DNA of 64,000 nt from Eledone cirrhosa (Eukaryota): positions 149,172,001-149,236,000 of the forward strand of contig OZ024742.1 in assembly GCA_964016885.1 (NCBI GenBank). The letters are read 5' to 3'. A program made the translations under genes and the position numbers. Shown in pieces: positions 12,301 through 27,300 of this stretch; the stretch's first letter is position 1, and the number at the start of each line of letters is the position of its first letter. Below the pieces are notes generated by a model. The model made no database searches, had not been told where the DNA came from, and saw only the letters and a program-made list of their open reading frames with translations.

Positions 12301-15300
12301 CTTCAGTGGGACTGATCTCAAAACTGATTCTGAAGCAACATATTCACTCCACAGCTATGCTTGTATCTATGACAGTTTACAAATAATCAATCTTCTCCAG
12401 TGAGAACACTGATCTAAGCACTTCTCTTCTTTTCCACATTATTCTAAATCTGATAAAAACAGAAGATTTTTATCTCACCCATGCAAATTTCAAAAACTGA
12501 TCTCTAAAAATTGTGAAACACAACTATGTCAGCTGATGTAAAGGTATAACTTTCTCTTAGAGAAATATACAATCTTATTTCCTCTCCTCTCCAGCTTATT
12601 ACAGTTTATCCCATTTAGTTGCCACTTGTTTTGTATGTAACTCCCTATTTTTTTAACAACATGCTTTCTTTGTTTCCTCATAAAATATTAATGTTAATTT
12701 AATTAAGTGGTCCCTTGATAGGAACAAAATTATAATTAAAATTTAGAGAAAGCATAGCATTGTTCTGCCTCTAGGCAATATGTATTGTATTTTTATTTGC
12801 CTCAAGCTAAATGAAATGTTACTATAACTGAGTGATTACTAATTCAAAGGAACATCCATCAAACAGTGGAAAAAAAAAAATAAAGATAAAAGAATCGAGT
12901 AAATTATGAAAAAAATGTTGATATTTATATATGCATAGAAGTTGATGTTAATGAGGAATGATTGATTAAGGGAGAGAAAAAATAAAACAATAAAAAATGT
13001 ATCTTGTCAGTGATTAGCTCAAAGATGTACACCATTTTTTGACACTTTATAGTATATAATACTATCATGAAAATACACAAACAAAACCTTGAGTGAATAT
13101 AATGGAAAATGTGTGTTATAAATGGCTATCATAATGTAATAGTTAATTTTTCCTTTGAGTATTTACAGTTGTTGAAAATAAATGTTACATTGATTTTTAG
13201 TAAACATTTTCAGTAGTATGCCATTAGGATTGCTTTTTTCATTTAGATTTAGTTGTACAGCTAATTTTCTTTGCATGGTTGCTTTGTAAGCTTAGCATAC
13301 TGGGAGTTATTGATTGACTCAGTAACTTTTGCTTATTTTTTACAGCAAAAAAAATGTTGTCCTTTTATGTTGTATATACTTCACTTCACTCAACTAAGTT
13401 CTCCACTCCCCTCATTTAACTTCTTCATTCTCTTCACCACATCTTCATTTCCAATTTTAATTAATTGACATTCTTTTTCACCAACCCATTAAAAAAATAT
13501 ATATTTATTTTGTTTTGTTACTCTTGCCTTTGTGTGGTAAATTTAAGACTTCAACTACATGTACATGCGATATACTGGTAACCCATACGTCAATCATGAA
13601 TTTAGTATTGACAACTAAAATACCTAATGAGAGCAGTTTTAAATGGGGCTTACATTTCAAATCTGGTCTGTGTCTATTAAAAGCTTTGAGAGCCTACATT
13701 TTACATCTGGCCTGGACCTATTATTTGCTTTGGGACCCTACATTTTACATCTGGCCTGAGCCTACATTTTACATCTAGTCTGAGTCTACATTTTACATCT
13801 GGCATGAACCTGGATATAGCATTGATTAATTAAAATTATCTTACTCACCTCATCACATTGGCATTTGATTAACTCCATATAAATTAGTAGCAGTCTTATA
13901 TCAATGCCAGAAATCAGTGTCAGTATTGTCTCTTAGCCATTTGTATCAATATGTAGTAATATTGATTAAAGGATCATCATAATCATCTTCATTACCACCT
14001 CTACCTCCACTACTATTATCTCATTCTCATAAAAATCAATAGCTCTTCACATCCTGTAAAGATACAGTAGAACATATCTAAAAGCGTGTTTAATTCAAAT
14101 GTTTATAGTTTCTTTATTAGTTGACAGATTGTTGTAAAAAAATTACAGTATTGGAATAAAAACTTTAATTTTTAATGTCATGCAGTCATAGGGCTGTTTT
14201 GTAGTTTTCAAGAATGTCTTATGATTGCAGTTTCTTTTAGTATAGAATATTGTAGTGCACCTGAGCACTGTACACAATAATTTTCATTATTATTATTATT
14301 AACCATCTCATTACCATATTTCTAATGAAATTATCCTACTCATGCTAGCGTGGAAGATGGACCTTAAACGATGATGATGAAATATGCTGTATATTAATTA
14401 ATCCAAGAATTTGAAGGAATTTTAAAATTATTTTTGTATTACGATCATATTTATTACATGTTTACATATATAATTATACTGGAAGATTTTAGTTTAAATA
14501 GAAATCCTTTAAAATTGTCTATTTTTTCATAGAACTAAATAAAGTTAATCAGACAGTATTGCTTATCTGATTGAAAAAGTTAAGCATTTGAATTTATCAT
14601 ATTCACAATAAATAAACAAAATACTTTTCATATGATTAAGAAATTATTATTAATGATAGAATTTTGAACCCTTTTGTGACTATATTTCTAATGAAAAACA
14701 CTATTTTAATTAATTAAGAATTTGGAGGAATTTAATAAATTATTATTTTATTATTAAGACGGTATTGATGACAATGTAAAAAAGTTCTTATATTAAATAA
14801 TGTTGAAAAGTTTTAATTTGAATTGGAACACTTTAAAATGGGTGGCTTTCTTTCTTAGAACTAGAGGCAGTTTTTCAATCTCTTAGTGTATTTTCAAATG
14901 ATTACTATCTTAGCGTTTATCCCATCAAGAATATTTCATTATTTCATTACAAAATCTCATAGTTTTTTATCAATTTTGAAGCATGGTGAAATTAGAAATT
15001 ATTTCAAGTATGTTATGTTGCTTGTCACTGTATTTTATCTATCTCACCCATTTTTTTTACCTTGTTCTTCAAATTGTTGCTAGATGTGGTTGTAGATTAA
15101 TATAAAGTACTTTTACATACATAAACCATATTTACATGCTTAAAATATATTAAATTTTGTTGTAAAATAAATAGACATATTCTTATTCTACAGCATATAT
15201 ATGTTTTTAAATATGAGGATGTTGTAGTTTGCTTGAAGCATTGTGGAAAGTGTAGAAAATAGTGTGTTTTTTAGGGTGCTACAGCATTGCAAATGGGACA

Positions 15301-18300
15301 TTAAATGCTAAAACTAATAATAATAAAATTGTGGAAATGTTACTTTGATGAAAGGTTTGATCCCCAAATATTAAGACCTAATTAAATACCTTCTAGGTAA
15401 CATCCCAACAATTTTGTTATTGTTTTTTCCAACAGTGAATATCCCATTTGCATATAAATATGCTTTCATATAGTTTACTATTTAGTTTTGCATGGCATTC
15501 TACATGATGTATTATGTAAATATAATTATGCAGACATACAAAATACAGACTACACATGCAAATTTGTTTGACTTGTATATAAACAAAGGAGTTCCTTACA
15601 TCAATTACTTCAATCATCCCTTTATGACAATTACATAGGTGTGTGAGAAACTTAATTACACTTCAACTTCCACTAGGTAAAATATTATTTAATAAAAATG
15701 ACATAAAACATTGATGCAGTTCTAGCATGTATATTATTTATTTATTCTGTAAAGGGTGGTGGATTGGCAGTATTGGAAGAGTGTTAGATAAAATGTTTTG
15801 CAACAAATGCTTTACATTGAGTTCAAATCCTACTGAGGTCGACTTTGTCTTTCATCTTTCTAGGATTGAATACTGTGATCGACATAATCATCTTTCTCTT
15901 TCCCACATATTGCTGGCTTTATGCCAATGTTAGAAATAATTATTTATTTATTCCGTACAAGTTCTGGATGTTTAATTTTTAATTACTTTTGTTTTTAATT
16001 GGATATTATTCCAAACTGTATTCACTCATTTATTAAATGTTAAATATTAGGGTGGTTTGTCACCTATTTTCTGCTGGGTAAACTGAGGCAAACAGATTAA
16101 TATATTTTGCCTAGAGGCAGTAAAGCAAGATTTAGCTGTAACAAAGTGTGGAATTTTATATTTTAGTCACTGGTCCACCAACTTCACCTAACACCGATTG
16201 TGCTTTTTATTTAGTCTCACACCTTTTCTATCTTTTAATGTGGGAATATAACTAACAAGATTTTCCTGAAGAGGAATTTTAAAAGGCAATTTCTAGGAAT
16301 AGAAAATTAAAATTTTCTCAGTTTTTAGAATGAGACAAATTGGTAAAAGGTTTCTGCTAAAGAGTGTAGTATGGCTATTGGAATAGATGGTGTGAAATTA
16401 GAACCTGCAATGTAATAGGGTTGATCCATTGACTATGAACTCTTAACTCTTTTGTTACCATATTTCTCATGAAATACACTGTCGATGTGTTTCAACTAAT
16501 TTGGAAAAATATAAAAAATTTTGAAGAATTTAGGAATATAAGTAACTTCTTTATAACTGAACAAAAATATTTTACAAGAGATTTTAATATAAGTATGAGC
16601 ATTTTAAAACGGGCAGTTTTGTATCATAGAACCAGGGGCAGTTTGGTAAGGAAAGAGTTAACTTATGAATAAAGCCTTGTACCCACGAAAGAAAGCAATG
16701 TTATTAAAGTAAAATTAAATGTTAAAAAGCTCATTGTTACAATAGGCATGAAGTACAGGTAAACCAAGAGAAAAAATGGGCTTTAGAGAAATCAATTGTA
16801 TTGTGCAAGATTGCACTGGTACAGATATGAGGTATATGAAGGATAACAGTTGGGCTAAAAAATCTTAAGGGATCCAATTGGAAGGAATGAGCAGAAAGAA
16901 GATGACATGAGAAGTGGTGAAGGCTGACTTCAGGTTGCTGAACCTTATGAAGGGGATGGCAAAAGTCAAGAAACTGTGCTGGGGCTGACTTGTTCAACTT
17001 ATGTTAGCATAGAAAAAAATGATGTAAAAATATCTAATATCCACATTGACATCCAGTGTCTAGAAATGTAGTTTTATTAAGATAAAATGAGGGGTTACTG
17101 TGGGCTGAGTTAAATTTTTGTTTGTCTGTTGGCAAAATGACAAAAAATCCTCATTTATATTTTGTCATTGGCTCTTGCTGAATAATATCTGCTGCTGATA
17201 GTTAATCTGAACATAATTAGATACCATGAATAAACAGTGTATCATTGAGGAATCTTTTATTAGCTAACTAACATGATGTATATATATACCATACAAAGGA
17301 AAATATTCAAAAGATGTCCTTATGACAACTGCCAAGTGTGTGTGTGTGTGTTTCTATGCAGTATAATACAAATACCACCATGTTCTAAAGCTGGAACCCT
17401 TGAGCATATCCTGAACAACTGCTCCAAAGATATCTATTTATTTACAGTGTATAATCTCTGTCCATCTCCTTTGGAATGCTAATGATATTCTCACCTCACC
17501 TAACCTTCTGGGCACTGTAGGCATCTTCTGTTGCCAATAGAGTGATCTCCCCTTAATACATAATGCAGGGTCAAGGGAAGCAATTCATAAAAAATCCAGC
17601 GTGCTAAAGGTCAATTAAATATCAATGAGTGTATGCGTGCCTGTTTCTGTCTCTTGCTTTTACAAGGCTCTTGTCTACATACATATTTAGCTTTTCAGCA
17701 AGTGGACTAAGCAAGTCAGTACTGCGTTCTCTATAGACCTTTTCTATTCCTCTGGCCACTGGTCTTTTATTTGTATGTTTTAGCTATGTATCGAGATGAA
17801 GAAGCTAACCCTTCAACATCTTTCTATGCTGGTATTGTGGCAGAAGTGCCAACCAACCGAAATCGCCACAGGTAATTACTTAAATTACTTTATTTTCTCC
17901 TTTGTGTATAATTATTTAGTTATCTAACAGTTTATTTGAGTCAATCATTTTGTTTTTTTTTGTTGTAACTATATTATTATAACTATGAGGGTGGTGGATT
18001 GGTAGAATCATTAGAGCATCACATAAAATGCTTTGCAGTTTTGAGTTCAAATCCTACTGAAGTCAACTTTGTCTTTTGTCCTTTTGGTGTCAATAAAATA
18101 AAGGGCCAATGTTAGAAACAATTATAATAAATTTACAAATTGGTAGATGGATGACTGAATTAGTAGAGTGCCAGACCAGACAAAATTCTTTGCAGTTCTC
18201 TTTATATTCAGAGTTCAAATACTGCTAAAGTCAACTTTGTTTCATCATTCTGGGGTTGATAAATCGGTCAAATACCAAGATTGATTTAAGCGATTTTTCC

Positions 18301-21300
18301 TTACTCCGTATTTGTGGTCTTGTGCCTAAGTTACTGTTATGAGTGTTATAGTGTTGCAGTAAGTTGTCAATGGATCCGATTCAAGATACACTTTCAATTC
18401 TTAGTGAGAACCATATGACCAGCACTTGTGTCTCTTGTAAGGTTTTACAAGGATTGGGAATCTTGACTAGATATAAGAATGGGTGGGATGGTGTTTTTTA
18501 TTGGATGTTTTTTCCTAGCTCATAAAAACTAGGATTAAGTATTTCTATTTGGTATTGTCTGTATTATGCATCTAAGTATATTTGCTGAGTAATCAGGATA
18601 CCAGTCATGTATGTTTGTTATACTTATTGCTAGTCAGAGAATATCTCAGTAAATGAACTGATGGAGAAATATGGTGGAAATCTACTTAAACATTCACTTT
18701 TTGGTTTTCAGGTTCTTGATATTTTTTGATGATGGATATGCTCAGTATTGTCTCCCCAAAGAGATACACCGTGTCTATGAACAGAGTAAGTCTCTACTAT
18801 TTTCCTGGTTTGCAAATAACATAGTCCTTTAGTCCTTCAAAAAAAAAAAAAAAAGAATTATATAAAACATAATTTAAATAGTTGTGTTCTAATTCTAGTA
18901 GTATCTGTATATATGATTTTGTGTATGTATGTGTGTGAGTCTCCAAGGGTCCCTCTACATTTGTATGTACATTGTTGGGTGAATCATTAAGGACTCAGCC
19001 TTTCAAATGAAAGGACATTATCAACACTTGTGTGTGTTTTGCAAAAACACATAGCTTTCATCTGTCCATTTCATAAGTATTGTGGAAAGTTACAACTGAG
19101 CACTATGAGCAACAATCAAAATATAACATAAGTATTTAGTTAGCTTGCAGTGCTAAACTGAAATCCAGTCATATACTATTACAGAAGAAATGAATTACTA
19201 TCAAATATAAGAATGCTGGAAAGGAGGCAAATTGACACCAGAACGTTAGATAGAATGCTTTATGGTATTCATTCTGGCTCTCTAGACTGTAAGTTCAAAT
19301 TCTGCTATAGTCAACTTTGCCTTTCATTCCTTCAAGGTCAATAAAAAAGTACCAGCCCAATACTGAGGTTGTTTCATGCTCTATATCTCTTTCTCATTTC
19401 TACTCTACTACTGTCTTTCTCTCTGGAAGAAATCGACTGTGTTCAGAGCTAGAGAAAGGATGGGCACTGTCGGGTTTAAAATGCCCAATAAACACTGTAG
19501 GTGCCCCTACGATTCTACTAGGAGTTACAGGTCAAAAGAAGATATTATAAGACGATTCTCTTACAGTTAGGGTTAATATTCTGTAGAATGAAAATACTCT
19601 TTGCTCTCTCAATTTCAGGTAAAAATGTTTGGGAAGACATCCATCCTGACTCCCAAGAATTTATCAAAGAGTATCTAGCTCAATACCCAGAAGTAAGTAT
19701 ATTTAAAATCTGGTAAATAGGTGTTATATGAAATAATTTGAATGAACAACTACATTCGGTTGCTACCTCAACTTTCATTTTTAAAAAATGGCTTTTTTTT
19801 CTAGAATTTCGTCTGTTTTTAAATACTTTCCATCCCTACATCTCTTTCTATCTCTATCAGATATGTTAACCTTGTAAACAAAGCACATCCCCATTTCACA
19901 ATTCTCCTGCACCATGCAGTAGCTCTTCCTTCAAGGCCTAACATTCAATATTGATATTAATAAAATAATAAAAAAAATAAAATTATCAAGAAATAAATTT
20001 CTTTTTTGTTGTGAAACAATGCCAGAAACGTACACTAAAGTGTTTTTATGTTTTATTTTTACAGCGGCCAATGGTACAGCTTCAGAAGAATCAAGTTGTC
20101 AAAACAGAATGGATGGGAGAATGGTTAGATGTTTCTCTTTATCTGTATTTCTCTTCCTTGATTAATTGGTGATTGATGAATCATTGATGGTTGTTTTGTA
20201 TTGGTTTCTCAATCTTTATTTTTCATTGCAGGTGGACAGCTAAAGTGGTTGAGGTTGATGCCAGTTTGGTGAAAATGTATTTTTCTGCCGACAAAAGAAC
20301 AGAATGGATTTATAGAGGATCAACAAGATTGGAACCACTGTTTTCTGCTTTGGTTAGTTACCTAAACTACATTTAAAGGTTTGATTTATAGTAAGAAATT
20401 AGTCATGGTTCTACCTTGCTTGGCAAAAGTAAGCTATACTGGATATTTTTAAGTGCATATTTTAATCCATTCACTGTATTAATTATTGAAGATTTGGAGG
20501 AATTTACTAAAATTATTTCAGTTATTAAGATGGTATTTCTGACAACAAAAAGTTTTATGTAATGGGTGGCTTTGTTCCATGGCAATTGAAGCAGTTTGGG
20601 GTAAGCTGGTATTGAAAGAGTTAATACATCACTTTTTGTGATCATATACAACTATCATTGATTTTACTATTTAGTTATTTAAACTTGATAAAACATGAAC
20701 CATTAACATACTGGATTGATTGAATCTTGATCCCTATAAAATTTGGTTTATTCTTAAAAAGAAATCAGTGTTAACTAGAAAAAACATTAAATTTAGGATT
20801 AGTCGAGAAAAATGATGGAAGTCAAATTTTATGTATAAAATTCCCTTGAAAGTAGCTGTCTCAAATTATCCTTCTTTTTTCAAACATTTTGTATTATGTA
20901 GCAATTGAGCTTACAGTTAAAATAATAGGACTGAAAAAGCATTTATGTTTCTATTATTTTGTGAAAATTTGCAGTAAACTAAAGTAAGGTCTTCAATTTT
21001 TAATATATTGCTGTCATAGAATATCTTACGAATGTGGTTTCATGTGGTACAGAATGTTAAGAGATCATAACCTATTTTATGTTGGAAATGTTGGATTTAA
21101 GTTGCAGCAGGGAATGTACTAGAAAGATCATAGGTATATTACAGTTTGAAGGACAGTTTTCTAAAAGATTTTTTTTTAGAATAAAAGAAGAATGAGACTA
21201 TTCAGATAATTGTTTTATTTTTGTTTTGAATTCATAGGCCCGTGCTGAGACAAATAAATTGACTGGTTTTAAGAACAAGAGACACCGCCTTGTAGCAGCT

Positions 21301-24300
21301 TCCAGAGGCAATAAGCCAGTTGTAGAATACACTCGTGTCCAAACAGTAGAGATTGATGATGATGACTCACACGCAACAAGTATATACTTTTTAAAGCTGC
21401 ATTACTTTTTCCATGCATTTGATTTTAATTCTTGTTGGTCTGCTTTGTTCTAGAGCAAGTTTATTCAAAGAGTAAATAAGTGCATGAATTAATTTTATAT
21501 AATTTTAGGTACCTAAAAGCTTCTTTTTACATAATATGCTAAGATATTTTTTATACAATAGCTTCTGATATTTATGCAATATCCTTTGGTCATCACTATC
21601 ATCAGTCATCATTGGTTTATATCTGCTTTTCCATGCTTGCATGGGTTAAATTGGTCTTTTCCAGCACAGCATCTCTCCACTCATTGCAGTCCTTCATCAC
21701 CTCTACTGTTAGCTTCAGCAATTTGGGATCAGCTCTTATAAGGTTGCTGAAGCTCACAGAGGGGATGATGAAGGACTACAACAAATTGAGGGTTGCTGTG
21801 CTAGAAAATAATCTTGTAAGCAAGGAAAAGTGGATGTAAAACAATGATGATGAATCTATTCTGATACTTTTTTTTTCAATATCTTGAGATGTTTTCCCAA
21901 TAATCTCTTGTTTATGTTTTAATAGCTTTATTTTTAACAATATCCTCACTCTTCCACAAGATAAAATTTATGGGATGTTTTCCATATTTTTACTTAAATG
22001 CCCTGAGTTACCATTATCAGATCACATTTTATTTACTTTTGCCAGGTAAAAGCTCAAAAAATCAACGTCCATCAGACTCCTATCATTCATCTGATCAAAA
22101 GAAAAGGTCAGTTGCTAAGAAAAGCACAACTCCTGGTAGCAGTAGCCATAATGGAACTAGTGGAAATTCTTGGGAGGCTCCATGGTTGAAGATGCATCGA
22201 AACACAAAGTCAAACAGTGCATCAGCTGAAAAGAAGAGAGGTAACTTTTCCTATAAAAGTCTCAACTCCTTCATGAAATCCTTGCCCTCTCATTGAACAA
22301 AAATAAATAAATCATTAAACACAATGTAAAATAAGTAGATACTGAAGACTAATTATATATAAATAAGAAACCTGTATGAGCAAGTTGTATTTTATTGTAT
22401 TATTTTATATATTTTCATTTCTATGTCCCAAAAGTTTAGTCAGTCCCCCTGACACTCCCCATCCTGGTAGTCCCACATTACCTTCAATTTAGGGTACATT
22501 TAAGAAAATTAATATGAAATAACAGTTAAGAAAATCAAGTAAAATACCTCTGGAGAAGGAAAAACGTTGATAGGCGTTTGTGAAGGATCAATCCCAGCAT
22601 GATTCCTTGCAGGCAACTCTGTCCACTTTTTTCTGTCTCCAGAGGTATTTTACCCAATTTTCTCAACTATTATTTATGGTGATCAACTGTTTATAGTAAT
22701 TTCTGTGTTGGGATGTTCACACTTTTAAGTTTCGAATTCTTCCAGTGCTTTGTAAGTCAAAAGTTTTATATTTAAATATTTTTTATTTTATTTTTACAGA
22801 ACAATATCAAACAAGCAGTATTAGTAGCCACAAACAAGGCAGGGACATGGCAAGTGTTCTACAAGAGAGATTGGCTGCACAAACAGATGGAGATCTTGGT
22901 TAGTGTTTTTTTTTTTTGTCTTAACATAACTCATGGGCCAGCTACTTATTTTCTTTTGTGGAAAAAATAAAATTACATGGCCGTCCTGTAAAAGTTGCAC
23001 TTCTGTAAATTTTTAAATTTGATATTATTGAGTAAAAACTATACATTTTTATCAGTTGTCTATTCTTATTTTCTGTAAAGACCTTGACTCCACGGGTAAT
23101 GTCACCGGAATGCATGTTGCTTCATTCACCATACTTAGCTGAACTTAATTATCAAGTGGGCCCTGGTTCAAGTTAATATCTCCTCAATTCTGGAGTCAGT
23201 TGGATTATCAATAATTGATGGGAAGAGGCCAGATGGTGTTACCTTTTGCCCTAAGTGGTAGATGTCCCATTTGGGGTGTCACATTAAGTGACTCTGTTGC
23301 TCTTTCCCATATCCTTAATGCCATGGTGAAAGTGAAAGTCACTGCCTCTGCAGCCGAATGAAATAAAATTCTAAAATACCTGGAGTTATCAGCAAACTAT
23401 TTTTTCCAGGCTGTGGCATTTGAGAACAATGGAGGAGCTGGACTGAGCATTTGATTGAGTGTGTGGGTCTTCTCCCACTTTTTCCTCTTTTTCTTTTGTA
23501 TATAACTTTTTTTTAATATTAATTGTGTTCATATACTAATGTATGAATATGTTAAATTTATAATTACTGAGACTTCTTTGCCTTTAACCCTTTAGCATAT
23601 AAACTGGCCATATACAGCCAGAATTCTCTCACCTCTTTCTGTTCAAACTGGCTGTAACCGGCTGCTCATACTTATGTTAAGGTAGTGTTCTCAAAATAAA
23701 TAGTATCAAAATCTCATAGATTCAATATTATGAGAGAGAATTATGTGAGGTAAAGTGTTTACTGTGAAAATACAATAGTAAATATAGTCATCATCATCAT
23801 CATACGTCCGCTTTTCCCTGCTTGCAAGGGTGGGACGGGAACTGATTCTGGCTTGATTTCTACAGCTGGATGCCCTTCCTAACACCAACCTCATTTACAG
23901 TGAGTGCTGGGTGCTTTTTTGCCGTGACACCTCCACGACCACTTTGCAGTGGAATGATATGGACCCCAGTCCCTATCATCTCATTTCTACAGCTGAGTAA
24001 ACTGGAGCAATGTGAAATAAAGTGTCTTGCTCAAGGAAACAACACATCACCCAGTCTGAGAATTGAACTCACAACCTTTCGATTGCAAGGCCAATGCTCT
24101 AACCACTAAGCCATGTGCCTCCTCAATGTAAATGCTAAAGGGTTAAAGGTAATTGGAGTAAATCATATCTTTAATGGTATCATGTAATTGAAGAATATAA
24201 TGTAGAGTTTAAGGATTAGGTAGATACAAAAGTTACATTTCTTATTGTTATTACAGATGAAGATGCCCTTGGAGAAAGAATCGACATTGATAATATTATT

Positions 24301-27300
24301 TCACCTCGGAACATGTTGCGAAAGAAACTCAGTAAGTATTGCAATAGTTTTTGTTTGTTTTGATTTATTCTGTTTATTGAAACTCAATCTAATTCATAAA
24401 TATACATACACATACACATACACATAATAGGGTTTATAATGTCTGTTTTATTTAGTGTTTAATTACAGTGTCTTGTTTTGTTTTATTCTAGTTCCTCATG
24501 AATGTTCCCCCGAATGTGTAAAAGATTGTGATGACAAAGACTTTCATACTAAATTCCGTGGACGTAACATGTTGTTGGTTCCAACTCTCTGTGGTTGGGA
24601 GAGGTAAGTTATATAATTGGGCTTATTATTAAACTAGACTCTTTCAGTTTGGTTGACCGCCACCTCACACTCCTCTTCCTTCCACCCCTTACCACCAGCA
24701 TCATTGTAATCATAATTGTCATTGTGATCATTATCATCATTACCACTGAAATGGGTAGTTTTGTTTCATAGAACTAGAGCTGACTTGGGGCAGGCTGGTA
24801 TCAAAATTAATCTTTTACTGGTTACAATCATTGGACTGGCCATGTCGAGATACTGCCTTCCTGGGTATAGCTGATTAATTCAACCTTAGTACATATTTTA
24901 GCAATTTAATACTTATTTTATTGAATGGTACTAGTTTTGGCAATCCAAAGGAAAGACAGTGTTATTTGGGCAGGTTTTGGAACACCAAACTCTTTATTTA
25001 GCACTTTATCATTTTATATTACATGTGTCTAGCTGTGAAGTCTCTTGATCTGACTAGGTTAACAATCCTTTGTCAGTAAATATTTATAACAAGCTGGGCT
25101 GACTCATGAAATGTTCAATGCCTCATTTTTGGATTGAGCTGCGATCCCACTGATATATACACAAAACATAACACATGATAAGGTAAATCATATATGATAC
25201 ACATGCTATAGCTCATCAATTCAACATAACATTTATAGCCATCACATGCAATCGAGTATGACTTGGTAATATGTTCTATGCTTTCACAGGGTGTGACAAC
25301 TAGAAGGAAAGAGGGCTGCACCACACTGTGCTGGTATTTTCTTTATCAAACCCAAGAGGATGAAAAGCAAAGTGGAGTATGTTGGGATTTGAACTCAGAA
25401 CGCAGAATCCTGGAGCAAATATATAACACTCTAATCATCATCATCATCAACATCTCCATTTAACATACCTTTTCCATGCTAGGATGGGTTAGACAAGTTG
25501 CCCCATTGTGAGTCGAATCGGTTTAGATGACTGTGTCTTGCTCATACGGAACTGTTTCTGGTTTGGTTTCTATGGCTGGATGACCTTCCTAATGTCAACT
25601 ACATTTACAATGTGGACTGAGTGCTTGTTGTTGTGTCACCAACATGCCCACTTTATAGTGTGGACTGGGTGCTTATTTGTCATGTCACCAGCATACGCAC
25701 CTTACATGGTGGGCTAAGGCTTTTGTTGTGTCACCAGCACGACCACCGTACAAGGTGGGCTAAATCGACTGCCTTTGATTCTTTATTATTTTTTTTTTAG
25801 TTTATGGCTCATGAAGTAATTTAAGGGAGGATTGTTTATAACTTAAAACTTAACCTGACGTGAAACTTAAAATTAATCCTGTATGTTTCTCATTTGCTGG
25901 TGTTTGTCTGTTTTTGTGTTATAATTGTGTGAGCCAAGCACCCTAACTATAAAGCTGTGTCAACAGTAATAATAATATTATATAATAATTGTTTCTACTT
26001 TTGGCACAAGGCCTGCAATTATCCAGTGCATTACTAGTACTTTATTTTATTGGTCCCTGTAAGGATGAAAGGCAAATTTAACCTTGGCTGGATTTGAACA
26101 CAGACGGTAAAGGGCCGTAACTCTATGCTGCAAAGCATGGAGTCTGACACTCTACCGATACTGTCAATCCACCGCCCTTATTTATAATATTATTATTACT
26201 GTTGGCACATAGCTTTGTAGTTAGGGTGCTGGGCTCACAGTTATAAGATCTTAAGTTTGATACCTGAACTGTATGGTGCATTGTGTCCTTCAGCAAGATA
26301 CTTATTTCATGTTGCTTCAGTCTACTCAGCTGGCAAAAATCAGTTGCATCTGTAATTCATAGGGCCAGCCTTGTCACACAATTTATCACACTGAATCTTC
26401 TTGAGAACTACATTAGGGGTATATGTGTTGGTGGAATGCTCAGCCACTTACACATTAATTTCATGAATAGGCTGTTCTATTATTCAAACAATTAGAAGAC
26501 CGGTTGGAATCGACAACTATTGGTAAATGTGATAGAGGAACTGAAGTAGGTCCTTTATAGTATCTAGTTGTGTGCTTTGCATCTCTACATTGAAATCTAG
26601 TTTAGGTAGGCTTTTATCCAGCTGCGAGGGCTAATAAGTGATGCACCAGTAATACTACCCCTAATAATCCATATCCTGTCAAATTGACTATGTTTCTAGT
26701 GAAATGTAATAATGATTTTATTACCAGGCAAGTGACCAAAGTACGACCTAGTAGCAAGAGAATAGTGATCTACAGAGGTCCCTGTGCACGGCGGATGCGT
26801 AATTTGGATGAAGTTGACAAATATTTATTGGCAACTAATTGTAATTTGTCTATTGATTTATTCACCTTTGACCCCAACCTGCACACCCACACTGAATTTG
26901 TACCTATTAAGGTAGGTTTTATTCCACTTTCCATTTTATTTTGGAGTGTTTCTCAATTTCAAAAGATTTTTTTACTTGTTATAATCATTACACTGTGTCC
27001 ATACTGAGATATTGCCTTCTGGGTATAGCTGATTAATTCAACCCTAGTACATATTTTATTGATTTAGGGCTTATTTTATTGAATGGTACTCATTTTACTG
27101 AAGAAGGAGAAGCAAAGTGGGCTTGGACAGATTTTAACTCCAAACAAAATATCACAAGGTATTTTGCCTCATGATCTACCAATTTCCATGGATATTAATC
27201 AACACATATATGTATAAATACACAGCTATATTTAAAACAGAGCAAATGGGGGAAAGCATAGCTTTGAGATTTAGAAATTTACTTTGTACCAGTATAGTTT

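Noticed and set aside
17370-17560. [10 protein letters not shown] zinc-knuckle-like peptide (R2/HERO-type element)
   Set aside because: Too short and decayed to set boundaries or a clade.
8000-17700. Many 60-100 aa ORFs in the large SETDB1 intron as a nested gene
   Set aside because: Low-complexity or repeat-derived; no phase-consistent exon chain was found on either strand.
21380-21392. Donor GTATATACTTTTT as a U12-type intron
   Set aside because: Differs from GTATCCTT and no TCCTTAAC branch site precedes 22045; treated as a weak U2 donor.
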